NCBI GenBank assembly: GCA_025558095.1
Contig: JAIVFI010000005.1
Span: 434,001-498,000 of the forward strand
Source of the DNA: Hyaloraphidium curvatum SAG 235-1
Lineage: Eukaryota; Fungi; Monoblepharomycota
DNA: 64,000 nucleotides
Reading direction: 5' to 3'
Position 1 is the first letter of the stretch; each line of letters opens with the position of its first letter. A program made the translations under genes and the position numbers. A model generated the notes under the pieces. That model did no database searches, was not told the origin of the DNA, and saw only the letters and a list, made by a program, of their open reading frames with translations. This document shows, piece by piece, positions 42,030 through 52,388 of this stretch.

Positions 42030-42305
42030 CTTGAATTGTCTTCTCGCGTCTGGTGAGGTGGTAGCCTTCTGAATTGTCTTCCCACGGCGAGGCATGAATG
42101 AAGAACCAAGTTTGTTGCGATTGCCGAGACGGGGCGGATCGAACCGGAGGCCGGAGGGAGAGGACTCGGAGGCTGCAGGCAGGAAGCGCGCCGCCACCGA
42201 ACTCGTCCGAGTGCTGCACTCGGGAACACGCTGATTCCCGTGTTCAACGGCCCGATGCTCGCCATCTGACGCGGTCCGAGACCGCACAGTGAGGCCGCAG
42301 CTGGG

Positions 42306-45076
42306 ATGGCGACGCGCGGGGGCCGCGAGGGCCGCGGGGGCGCCTTCGCCGCGTCGCGCGGGAGGGGCGACCACGACGGCGCGCCGCCGGGGAGCCAGGG
42401 CCAGGGCTCATCAAGGTGCGGCGGAGTGTTGCGACGCGCGGAGGACCGGGGCGCTCAATCCCCTGCCGTGGCCAGGCCGCGGAACGCGCCGAGGCAGGCG
42501 GACCGCTCCACCCCGTCGCCCGGCCCCGCGGGCTACGGTCGGATGCCGTCGGACAGGTCGCTGGGGGACAAGGCCCGCGCTTCGCCAGATTACCTCGCCG
42601 CCATGGACCCTGCGGCGCTGGAGTCTCACTCGAGGCTGCTCTTCATCCTCATGAGCGCCGTGGTGAGCAGTGGCGCCGCCGGTCCCGCTTGCGTCCCTCA
42701 TGCCTTCTACCAATCAGGGGACCAAGGTGCAGGTGACCGTGAAGGACGGCTCCGTGTACGAGGGCATACTGAGCCGGAGCGGCAAGACGGACGGGGAGCT
42801 GGGCCTCTGCCTCAGGATGGCGCGGAAAAAGGGCGACGAAGCCGGTGCCGCCGTCCTGCAGGAGCTCATCGTACCGCCCAAGGAGCTGGTGATGATGACT
42901 GCGGCGAATCTCGAGGTCGCGGAGAGCAGCGGGGAAGTCCGTGACGGTCGGCTTCGATTCCTTCCCGAGGCGGCAGACGTCACTTACCTGGACCCGTTCT
43001 CGGCCTCAGGGGGCTTCCTCACCGACACTGCCATCAGCGGGTTTCGCGAGACGCGGGAACGCGAACTCCAGCCATGGCTTCCCGCCGAGGGCGATTCCTT
43101 GTCCGAGCCCATCGGCGGCCTCGAGCACGACGGCAGGCCGTGGAATCAGTTCGAAATCAACGAGCGGAAGTTCGGCGTCACGACTGATTTCGACGAGGAG
43201 TTCTACACAACGAAGCTGGATCGGAGCAGGCCCGACTTCAAGCAGCGAGAGCGGGAAGCGGCGCGCTTGGCTGCCGAGATTGAAAAGGTGTGCAGGGTCT
43301 AATTGTCGAGCAGCGCGATTCTCACTTCTCGAAGGCGCCCGCGGCTTTCACGCATGTGGCAGAGGAGCGCGGCTTGGAGGTGGACGACTCTGGAATGGAC
43401 GAGGAAGAAAAGTGAGCGATATTCGGCAACGCTATCCCGCAAACCTTCAACATGCGATCCCCAGGTATTCGTCGGTCATTCGGACGCCCGGGAAATACGT
43501 ACCACCGCAGGCGCGGCACTCCGCCCAAGCCGATGCCTCGACCGCGTCGCCAGCGCCGGGGACCGCCGAAGCCGCGAATGGCTCTCCCGCTGGCCCTCCG
43601 GGGGGCCAGCGAAGCTCGGATACGCTTTCCAACGAACCTACGGCGGTTCCCTCGGCGAAAGCCGCGCGGCTGCCTCCCCAGCTCCAAAACATCGCTCCTT
43701 CCACCAGCAGAGTGATTGAGCAGCCCCGCCTGGACGACGTGGCGGAGAAGTTCAAGGAGTTTTCGAAGCAGGAGAAGCAGAACCTGAAGACCACGAGGCA
43801 GCAAATCCACAGCACGGACCGGGACAGCCTCTTGAACGACTTCCGGAAGTTCAGCGCCGGTTTCCAGGTAGCTGCCCATTGCCGGAAATGACGGTGTTCA
43901 ATACTGACCGCGTGCAGATCAAGGCCCCCATCCCGGCCGACCTGGAGCCCATTCTGCACAAGTCGCGCCCCAAAGGTGCAACGTCGCCCAAAGAAGCGCA
44001 GTCAGCTACGGCGACTCCGAGCTCCACTTCAACTCCGGCAGCTTCCGCAGCGGAGCCGAAAGAATCCCCTGCGGAAGCGGGTCGCAGTCCCCAGACACCC
44101 CCGTCCGCGGAGGCACGTGGAGCTACCCCGACAAGTGGTTCGGACGCCGGGAAGGACAAGTCGAAGGACAAGAGCAAGGACTTCAAGTTCAACGTGGATG
44201 CGGAGGAGTTCACTTTCAACGTTGGGGCCGCGGAATTCGTCCCCGTATGCACATCTCGCGCCTTCGCATCTTCGCGCAACTCATGGGGGCACTTGCAGGG
44301 TGGGGCAACCTCTTCCGGAACCAGGTCGCCCGCTTTCGACAAGAAGGGTCCGTCTGTTGCGCGACGGACCCCCAGCCAAAGTGGGTTGCATGGCCGTGAT
44401 TCGTGCACGTTTGATTGAAGAGCCGTCGTCCAGCAAACTGGCAGCAGCAGGGCCCGCGCCCGCCCATGCCGCGCAACATGTTCCCACCCGGCTACGAGGA
44501 GATGCCGATCATGGTGGCGCCGCCATACCCGCCCAACATGCCACCTGGGGATCCGGCAATGGGCCCCGGTCCCCAAGGCTACTATCCGATGCCCGGCCCT
44601 TACATGTACCCGGCGATGGCTCCCGGCATGATGGTTGGCGGCCGCCCGCCGTTCATTCCCGGGGGCCCGCCGCCGCCGATGGCCATGATGCCGGGACAAC
44701 CGACCGCATACGTCCCAGGGGTAAGCTGGCTCGTCGCGTCGTGCCAATGCGTGCTGATTGGATCTTGCGCCTCCGCAGTACCCTCCTTACGGTCCCCCGC
44801 CCCCCGGTGCGCGTCCGTTCCCGCAGCAAATGATGCCCATGCCGGTGCCGCCGCGGTATCCGTCGGGCAAGGGGACAATGCCTCCGAACCCCATGGGCTC
44901 TCCGCCCGGTCGCGTTCCGATGCCGCCCTACCCGCCAGGACAAGGTAGGCATTCAAACGCGAGCCAGCAGGTGCCCAATGGTTGACAAGATCATTCCAGT
45001 CGTCATGATGGGCTCCCCACCGGCGCAAGCGCCGTATCCGGGCTCGCCGACGACGGAGGAAAGCGCCAGCCAGTAG
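42306..45076 (+). CDS. PBP1: Ataxin-2/Pbp1 (LSm, LsmAD, PAM2, Pro/Met-rich tail)
   Basis: GTKVQVTVKDGSVYEGIL; FLTDTAISG..ERELQPW; WNQFEINERKFGVTTDFDEEFYTTKLDRS; EEE|YSSVIR; FNVDAEEF/FNVGAAEFVP. Confidence 0.92.
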
Positions 45077-45101
45077 GGTCCAATAGAGATCCCGGTTGGA
45101 G

Positions 45102-46239
45102 CTAGCTCCCCGAAACCCGGCTCTCCGAGGACGCATTGAAAAGCCTGAATGATCCGGTGCTGCTGCCCCCCTCTTCGTCGCCCGCGTACGCGAGGATCCA
45201 TTTGGTCGGATGCCAGGCCAGGGTGTTGGTCGCAGCCACGACCGAGATGCGGTGGGCAACTTGACCGCTTTCGATGTGGCTCTGAAACGGAGACAAACGC
45301 CAGTTGAGGACACGTCCAGCGTTTCAAGATGGGCGAGGGGGAACTCACGATGTCGATGAACTGGTCTTCGGACCCCGCGGCGAGGACTTCGCCGTCGTGC
45401 GCGAAGCTGAGCGTGCGGACCGGCCATCTACGTCAAGGTTAGCTAACCTGTGGAGCGAAGAAGCTAACGGGTGACCCACTCGAGCGTCGTGAACGTCCTA
45501 ATGCAGACAAAGTCCTCCGTGTCCCAGACGCTGACTATGGCGTCCGCGCTGCCCAGCGCGAGGTAGCGCCCGCGGGAATCCAGCTCGAAGCAGTAGATGC
45601 TCGCCGTGTGCGCATTCATGGTGTGCGCCGGCGTGAGGGTGGGCCAGTCGAGGATCCGCACCGTGCCCAGCCCCGTCGTGATGATGAAGTGGGTCCCCGC
45701 GAGGTTCCAGCCGATCTCGTTCGCCTCGCCATCGTTGTTGAACTGCTGGATGATCTTCCACTGCCGCGCGTCGACGAACGAGATCACATCCTCCTTGTTG
45801 CCGACGGCGAGGTGCTTCGCGTCCGGGCTCCAGCAGATGTTGATGTTCTCCCCGGGCGTGGAGATCGTGTGGGCGGTCTTGCTCGCTGAATGACGCGACG
45901 GTGAGGCCGAGCAACGCGTGCGGACGCGTCAGACGCACTGCGCGTGTCCCAGATGCGGACGGTCTTGTCGATGCTCGCGGTCGCGAGCTTCTCGGGGTGC
46001 GTCGGGTCCCAGCGCAGCTGGTCCACGCTCTCGGTGTGTCCCTTCAGCGACTGCGAGTCCTTGACGCTGTTGGACCGCTCCCACTGCCAGACGCGCGCGG
46101 TCTTGTCGATCGAGCCCGACGCGATCTTGGAGCCGGTGCAGTTCCACCCGACCGAGTGCACCTTGCCCTGGTGGCCGCTGAACACCTTTGGCGGCGGCGC
46201 CTGCTCGAAGCGCGACTTGATGTAGTCGAACGCGACCAT
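45102..46239 (-). CDS. TEX1: THO complex WD40 subunit Tex1/THOC3
   Basis: HQGKVHSVGWNCTGSKIASGS; GHTESVDQLRW; PGENINICWSPD; YLALGSADAIVSVWD; WPVRTLSF; LAWHP. Confidence 0.92.
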
Positions 46240-46441
46240 TTTACTGCGCCGCCCGTTTGTTGTTTGCTGTGTCGACGAAAGCTAGGGGCGGCGGCGGGGG
46301 ATGAGTGCAAGCGCAGGCTACGGCTTCGAACTTCGAACTCCGCTCCCGCCAACTCGCTCGCGCCCGATGGCGGCAGCATGACCGCCGCGGACCGCAAAGG
46401 CCAGGCAGCCGACGCCTCGCTCTCGCCGCCGCCGCGCCGGA

Positions 46442-47720
46442 ATGGCGACGCGGTCGCGCACGCTGCTCTTCACGCAGTACCGCCGGCTCAAGGCCTCGCG
46501 CGGCCCGCCGGCAGGCCACGGGACGGAGTCGGAGCGCGCGGGGCTCATCGCGCCGGACGGCGATGGCGCGACCGCGGTGGTGGAGATGTCGATGCTGCCG
46601 CCAAAGTGGTGCGTGGGCGGCCCTGGGGAGAGAGTCTGCGTGGTCCTGACGGGGGCCGGCTTGCTGCAGGCTGGACGCCGTAGACGACTTGGAGGAGGAC
46701 ATGACCAAGATAAAGGAGCTCCGTGGGTGGAGAGCGCCGTGCCGGGGCAAGAACGGACCCTGACGAGGGCACCCGCAGTCGGCCAGCTCCAGGCGCTCCA
46801 CAAGCGCCATCTTATGCCAGGCTTCGATGATCGAGGCGAGGAGGAGCGGGAGATTGAGCTCATGACGACGGACATCACCAACGTGGGGCGCCTCTCGGCA
46901 ATGTGCCGATGGCGAAGCTCACTTTCTCCTGTCGACCTCCTCCCAGCTTTTCCAATCTTGCCAGCGTCGCATCAAGCGAATACAGACCCAATCGAGGGCT
47001 ACCGTGGGGCCAAGAGGCTCGGCAGCGCTGGGACGGAATGTGCAGGCGTCGCTGGCGGCGAAGCTGCAGAACCTGTCGGGCGAGTTCCGACAGCAGCAGT
47101 CATCCTACCTCGAGCGTGGGTTGCGAACCCCCCGGTGGCAACGATTTTTTGGCCTCCGAGCTGATGTGTTTGCAGGTCTCCGTGGACGGGCCGAGCGGAG
47201 CAAGAACATCTTTACCCCCTCTGGCGCGGGCATGGAGGACGGGGAGGGAGCCGACACCTTCGAGGGCGTCTTTCTCGACGACCAGCAGGAGCTCATCGGC
47301 AGCAACGACAAGCAGATTGCCCAGCGGGAGCGGGAAATCGAGCAGATCGCCAAGTCGATCCAGTCCCTGGCCATCATCTTCAAGGACATGCAGACGATGG
47401 TCGTGGAGCAGGGGACGATCCTGGACCGCATCGACTACAACGTGGAGCAGACGGCGCGGAACGTGGAATCGGCCGTGGAGGAACTGCAGAAGGTGGGGTG
47501 TCTCTCCGCCTGGATCACGGCTTGCCGAAGCAGGAGGCTGACCGGTTCCATGTGCCAAACAGGGAGCGGAATACCAATCCAGCACCCGCAACAAGCTGGC
47601 AATCATCTGCCTGCTGATTGGAATTGTCATCTGTGTCCTAATCATAGTATGTGCGGGCAAGGCCTTTCGAGGGGAGAAAGCTGACGGTTGCTCCAGATTT
47701 TCAAGCCCCGACGTCACTGA
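46442..47720 (+). CDS. TLG2: Qa-SNARE syntaxin-16/Tlg2
   Basis: N-peptide MATRSRTLLF; LPPKW; LHKRHLMPGFDD; SNARE motif REREIEQIAKSI..IFKDM..VVEQGTILDRIDYNVE; C-terminal TM then IFKPRRH*. Confidence 0.94.
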
Positions 47721-47793
47721 TACCCGCAGCGTCATGTACAATGGGGCGCGCAAGATACCTGCCCTCTCTCTTCGCACCTTGGCGTTTCCCCCG

Positions 47794-48282
47794 TCACCCC
47801 GGCCTGTCCAAGATGTGCCGGTTGGGGGCCAGGCATTCCTCCTCGTAGCCCACGAGGGTGTCCACGGTGATCCCGTTCTCGTTCAAGATCCTGGTCCCTT
47901 CGCAGACGACCAGGTTCGCGGGCTCCGGCACCCCGACGACGACGCGTCCGATCCCGGCCTCGACGAGGCGATCCACGCAGGGCCGATTGCCCGACAACCG
48001 CTTGCTGCACGGCTCCATCGTCGTGTACATGGTCCCCGCACGCGCGGCGGATGCGTCCGGGAGCTTCTCCAGGCAGCACTGCTCGGCGTGGGTGTTGCCG
48101 GGCAGCTCGCGCGAGAAGCCCGTGGAGAGGACGGAGCCGTCCGCGGCCACCAGCACCGCGCCGACGCAGTACGCGCCGTCCACAGGCTGGGACTTGTTTG
48201 CCTCGGCTATGGCGAGGCGCATGAAGCGGTCATCGGCTGTGCGCTGACGCTGATCCGGGACGGGCGGGCGGCCGGAGGCCAT
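47794..48282 (-). CDS. Zn-dependent pyrimidine deaminase (stand-alone DRAP deaminase, Rib2 C-terminal type; riboflavin synthesis), intronless
   Basis: YCVGAVLV..STGFSRELPGNTHAEQCCL..YTTMEPCSKRLSGNRPC (HxE/PCxnC), matching the fungal Rib2 deaminase domain. Confidence 0.85.
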   Translation of the reverse strand: MASGRPPVPDQRQRTADDRFMRLAIAEANKSQPVDGAYCVGAVLVAADGSVLSTGFSRELPGNTHAEQCCLEKLPDASAARAGTMYTTMEPCSKRLSGNRPCVDRLVEAGIGRVVVGVPEPANLVVCEGTRILNENGITVDTLVGYEEECLAPNRHILDRPG

Positions 48283-48429
48283 CGCGGGTCCGTGGGCGGC
48301 CAACGCGCGACGGGGGGCAGGCCCCTTGTTCCGAAGCTTCAACGACGCGTTTCTCCGTGGCCTGGAGGTGCCTCTGGCGACCAGAACTCCGACGGTATAG
48401 GACCTCCTCAGCCATCTGAGAGGCCTCGT

Positions 48430-48946
48430 CCATATATTGCCCAAGACCCTCACCTCTATGGCCCATTTGCACACGGGCCTGGTCTTCTCGGTCCCGGGCC
48501 ACGCAGTCGAACGGCGGGTCGAGGCCGCCAGGAAGGACTACTCCCGTTTCGTCTTCAACGCCAACTTCTACCCTCTGATCGTGCTTGCTTTTGATTCGTA
48601 CAGCGCTGTCTCTGCCACTTTCTCGCGCTTCTCCTCGGAGATGGGGCGCATCCAGTATCCCGGGATCGTCGGCCGCGATGGGCAGCCCGTGGACCTCGAT
48701 GGCCTTTACTCTCGTTTTGTGCGGCGCTTCCGCGAACGGATCGCGGTGGCCTGGGCTCTTGGCGTCGCGGCCCAACTCCAACACTGGCTTCAGCTGTGCA
48801 CCGAAGCCGCCGCTGTCAACGCTCCGGCCCCCGCGCCGGTCGCTTTTGGTTTGAATGTAGATGAGGAGCTGATTCTTGGGGCGTAGGGGGATTTCTAAGT
48901 GTACGGTGGGATTGCTAGCTCCTCATTACACACGCCATATATTGCC
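48430..48946 (+). mobile_element. Probable 5'-truncated non-LTR retrotransposon remnant (RLE endonuclease C-terminus, CRE/R2-like)
   Basis: Intronless, T/C-rich ORF ending at 48886 with PGHAVERRVEAARKDY..YPLIVLAFDSY..F.RF..FRERIAVAWALGVAAQL, resembling RLE tails; flanked by the direct repeat CCATATATTGCC (48430-48441, 48935-48946). Confidence 0.6.
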
Positions 48947-48960
48947 AAGTGGCTGCCGCG

Positions 48961-49999
48961 ATGTCCGAGGGCGCGCCGCCGCCGCGGCCTCCGCAGATCA
49001 TCCGACTTGTCGCGCGGGCGGGCTCGGTGTCGACGCCGCCGGCCTCGTCGCCCGCGTCGCCGCTGCCCGCCGGGCCGGCTTCGGCGCCGCCCGCCCCGCC
49101 GCCCGCCCTGCCCGGCCCGCCGGCCCCGCGGCCCCAAACGCCGACCACGCCGGCGATCCGGATCAAGCCGATCGGAGGCGTCGGCAGCGCGCCCGGCCAG
49201 CCGCCCAGCGCGTCCTCGGTCGGCAGCTCCGGCAGCTCGCGCGGTGGCACGCCGACGCGGGGCAGGCCACGGGGCCCGCGGCGCGGCAGCGTGCGCGGAA
49301 AGCTGAACAGGGGCGCCGTGATCGGCACCGCGCGGGCGTCGTTCCCGTCGGATCTCGCCAGCGAGGCGCCCGCGACACCCGTGCCGCCGGGCAGGGGCCG
49401 CCCGCCGGGCGACGGCTCGAGGGGGGGGCGGCCCAAGGGGCCGAAAGCCGCCGGGCCCCAAGACGGCAATGCGGGTGGGGACGGTGGCATCGGCGCGCTT
49501 CCCGGCGAGGCGGGCGCCGAGGCGGAGGAAGAGGAAGAGGAGGAGGACGACGAGTACGATGACGGGGACAACCAGGACATTACGGAGCTGCTCCAGCGGG
49601 ACGCGCTGCAGAAAAAGTGGGTTCCGCAGTCTCGGCCGGGACAGGCAGAATCCCTGACGCGGCTCCCCCAGGCTCATGTTCTCGTCCCTCACCGAGGACC
49701 AGATGCAGCGCATCGAGGCCTACCGCCGCCTCAAGCTCCCCGAAAAGGTCATCACGGCCGCCATGAACGGCAGCATCCCCGGCAGGATCAGCAAGAACAT
49801 CGAGCTCGTCGTCGCCGGCGCCGCAAAGGTCTACGCCGCGGACGTCATCACCTACGCGCAGCAGGTCAAGGCGGACTGGGGCGAGGAGGGGCCGCTGCGG
49901 CCGGAGCACCTGCGCGAGGGGCTGCGCAGGTACCGGCTGGACCAGAAGGACGCGCTGCCGCAGTACGCGAGCAAGCCGAACCCCTACTTGAACCTGTGA
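48961..49999 (+). CDS. TAF11: TFIID subunit Taf11 (histone fold)
   Basis: LTEDQMQRIEAYRR..VVAGAAKVYAADVI..A..V...WGEEGPLRPEHLREGLRRY after a Pro/Gly-rich, acidic N-terminus; one intron about 49618-49671. Confidence 0.9.
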
Positions 50000-50063
50000 C
50001 GGGCGCGGGGACCACCTCGGCATCGGACGTCTGCTCGGGACGGCATGCTGGTATCACATCTTT

Positions 50064-52304
50064 TCATCGCGCCATGTCCACGTATCCCTGGAGCTGCTCC
50101 TTCACCTTCGGACTGAGGTTGAAGTGGCGGAGATTCTCGTAGAAGGTGGTTGCGATTTGGTATAGGCCCGTCTTGAGGGCTGAGGCGGTTCGGCCGGCCA
50201 GTCAGCCGCCGATCCCTCGCACTCGCGACCAGGAACGCACCTTCGACCACCGTCTTGATGTCCCTCTCGTGCTTTTCGAGGAACGGACCGGGTGATGGGC
50301 GGGTCTCGATCTGGAGGCGCTCCAGGGCGACCAGGCACCGCAGGAGGGATTCGAGGATGAGCGGCATGTCCCGCTGCACGAGGCCGTAGTTGTCCTCGGT
50401 GTACGAAAAGGTGGCGAGGTCGCAGATGACTGCGGGGAGAACACGCTCGGTCATGGTTGCCAGCGAGAGCGCCAGGTCCGCCTACGTCGGATGGCCGCGA
50501 TCGTGAGCTGGCTCCGCGCCGCGACCGCGAGGGAAGCGTTGCGGTCTTCCCAGGCCTTGAAGCTCCGGTACAGATCCGACTTCAGCACGGCCTGGCCGAC
50601 CGGAGATATCCGCACGCGATCGAACAGCGACGGCGCGGCCAAGCTTCCTGCCGCGGTGTCCTTTGCCGGCCCGGCAACCGGCGTGGTCGGAGATGCCACC
50701 TCATCCGCCGCGGCGGGTTTGTCCCCGTGCGGCCTCAGGATCGAGGGGACCTGCACGATCGGCGAACGCGGGTCCGTCGCGGTCCGCTGCGGCCCCGGTG
50801 TCGTCTGGCCGTCCGAACCCAGGGCTCGGGTAAAGGCACCGAGGAGATTCCGCGGCTTCTGCGTGGGAGTCGTGGGGAGGGGGCGGAGCTGGATGTTGCG
50901 GAGGGGGGTGATGGAGTCGGAGAGGTTGCCGGCCCTAAAGGTCGGCAGTCGGGTGACCTTGGCCTGGGGCTTGTCGGAGGCGGGCTCCTTTGGCTTGCCT
51001 GGGCACGCAAACCGTAAGCGACGATGCAGGTTGTGCTTTAGCGGCGAAGCTCACCGCTCGAGAGGCGCTCCTCGGCCGCGACGGCCAGCTCCTGGATCAC
51101 AAATACGCACTCCTTCAGGATGCGGCTCCATTTCGTCGGGTCCGAGTCGACGTCGGCAAAAATGTCCGCCCGCCCCGGAGCGGAGAATCTGACCACCCGT
51201 CCGAGCTCCAGGAACGCCACGTACCGGTACGACTGGTCCTTCTCGACGAGGCCGGTCGTCAGGAGCCCAATGGGATCCCGCGTCCCGTCCGAGGCGGGGA
51301 TCGCTTCCGACATGCACCCATCATAGAGGGAGTCCGCCACCTCCCAGCAAGCGGCCGCCAGCGTGCCCGCCGCGACGAGCTCGGCAAGGAGCCGGACGTC
51401 GAGCAGCGTATCCCACGAGCTGGGCTCGTAGCGCAGGTCCACGAAAAGCCACAGGATCCAATCAGACGCGCTCCCATACGCTGAGAAAAGCAGACCACCA
51501 AAGACGGCGTAAAGGAGCCAAAACGCGGCCTGGTACCCGAGGACGGCCCGTCCGCATTGCACCAGAGTGGCCTTCAACGAGATTCCGGGCAACTTGCCCC
51601 CCAGGCGCTGAGGCACAGGACTTCAGCACCAGGGCGGACTGCGATGCCTGACGCACCAACCTGAATGGCTGGAAACGCGACGCGGTTCCTGTCCGCCAGC
51701 ACGAAAAACACGGCATAACACAACCCAACCCAACCGGCGGACAGCGCCACGAAGAAGTAACGCTCGCTCAGGCGCGCGGGAAGTTGGGCCCCGTCCGGAT
51801 AGTACCAGGCCTTGGTCGCCCGGACCGGGTCCACGAGCCTGATGTAGGATCGGAAGACGTAGCTCGCTGAAGCGGCAAAGACGGCCACGTGCAGGAGCAA
51901 ACTGGCCGCCAATCTCCTCGAAAGAACAGTCCTCTCCGCTAAAGAAGGCCAACCGATGAGCGAGAGATTCCCCAGTCCGATCGTCGGGACCCACGCGACT
52001 TGGAAACCAGCTTCAGCACAAAGACCGGGCATGTCTGGAGGAAGACGACAAGGCTCGCCCCGATCCACGCCCACGAAAGGCCCGAAAAGACATCTGTCGG
52101 TTCGCAGAAGGCGGAACGACGCGTCAAACGCGTCGGCTCTGCCCATCAGGCGGCCTGACACGAACCGAGCCGGAGCAGCCTCGACGGGGAGAGCTGAAAC
52201 AGGAGCAACAGCCCGGCCACGAACAGCAGGTGGAAGATCACGGATCCCAGCAGTTTCTGCTGAAGGACCTCGTACGCCGCGGCGCCGTATGGCGACCTCG
52301 GCAT
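50064..52304 (-). CDS. NDC1: Transmembrane nucleoporin Ndc1
   Basis: Several N-terminal TM segments, NRVAFPAIQ, AFLEL..RADIF, SYTEDNYGLVQRD, GLYQIATTF. Confidence 0.85.
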
Positions 52305-52388
52305 GGCGACACTGGCCCGGATCGACGCGCGATGAAGCGGCCTACTTTTGAGACGCGCTCTCGAAGTTGTCGCGTCGTATGCGGCGCG

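Noticed and set aside
47794-48282. Intronless deaminase as a possible bacterial HGT
   Set aside because: ELPGNTHAEQCC and RLSGNxPC are typical of fungal Rib2-type deaminases, and codon usage matches the host
48283-48430. snRNA/SL-RNA target site next to the retroelement remnant
   Set aside because: No U1, U2, U6 or Sm-site consensus recognisable
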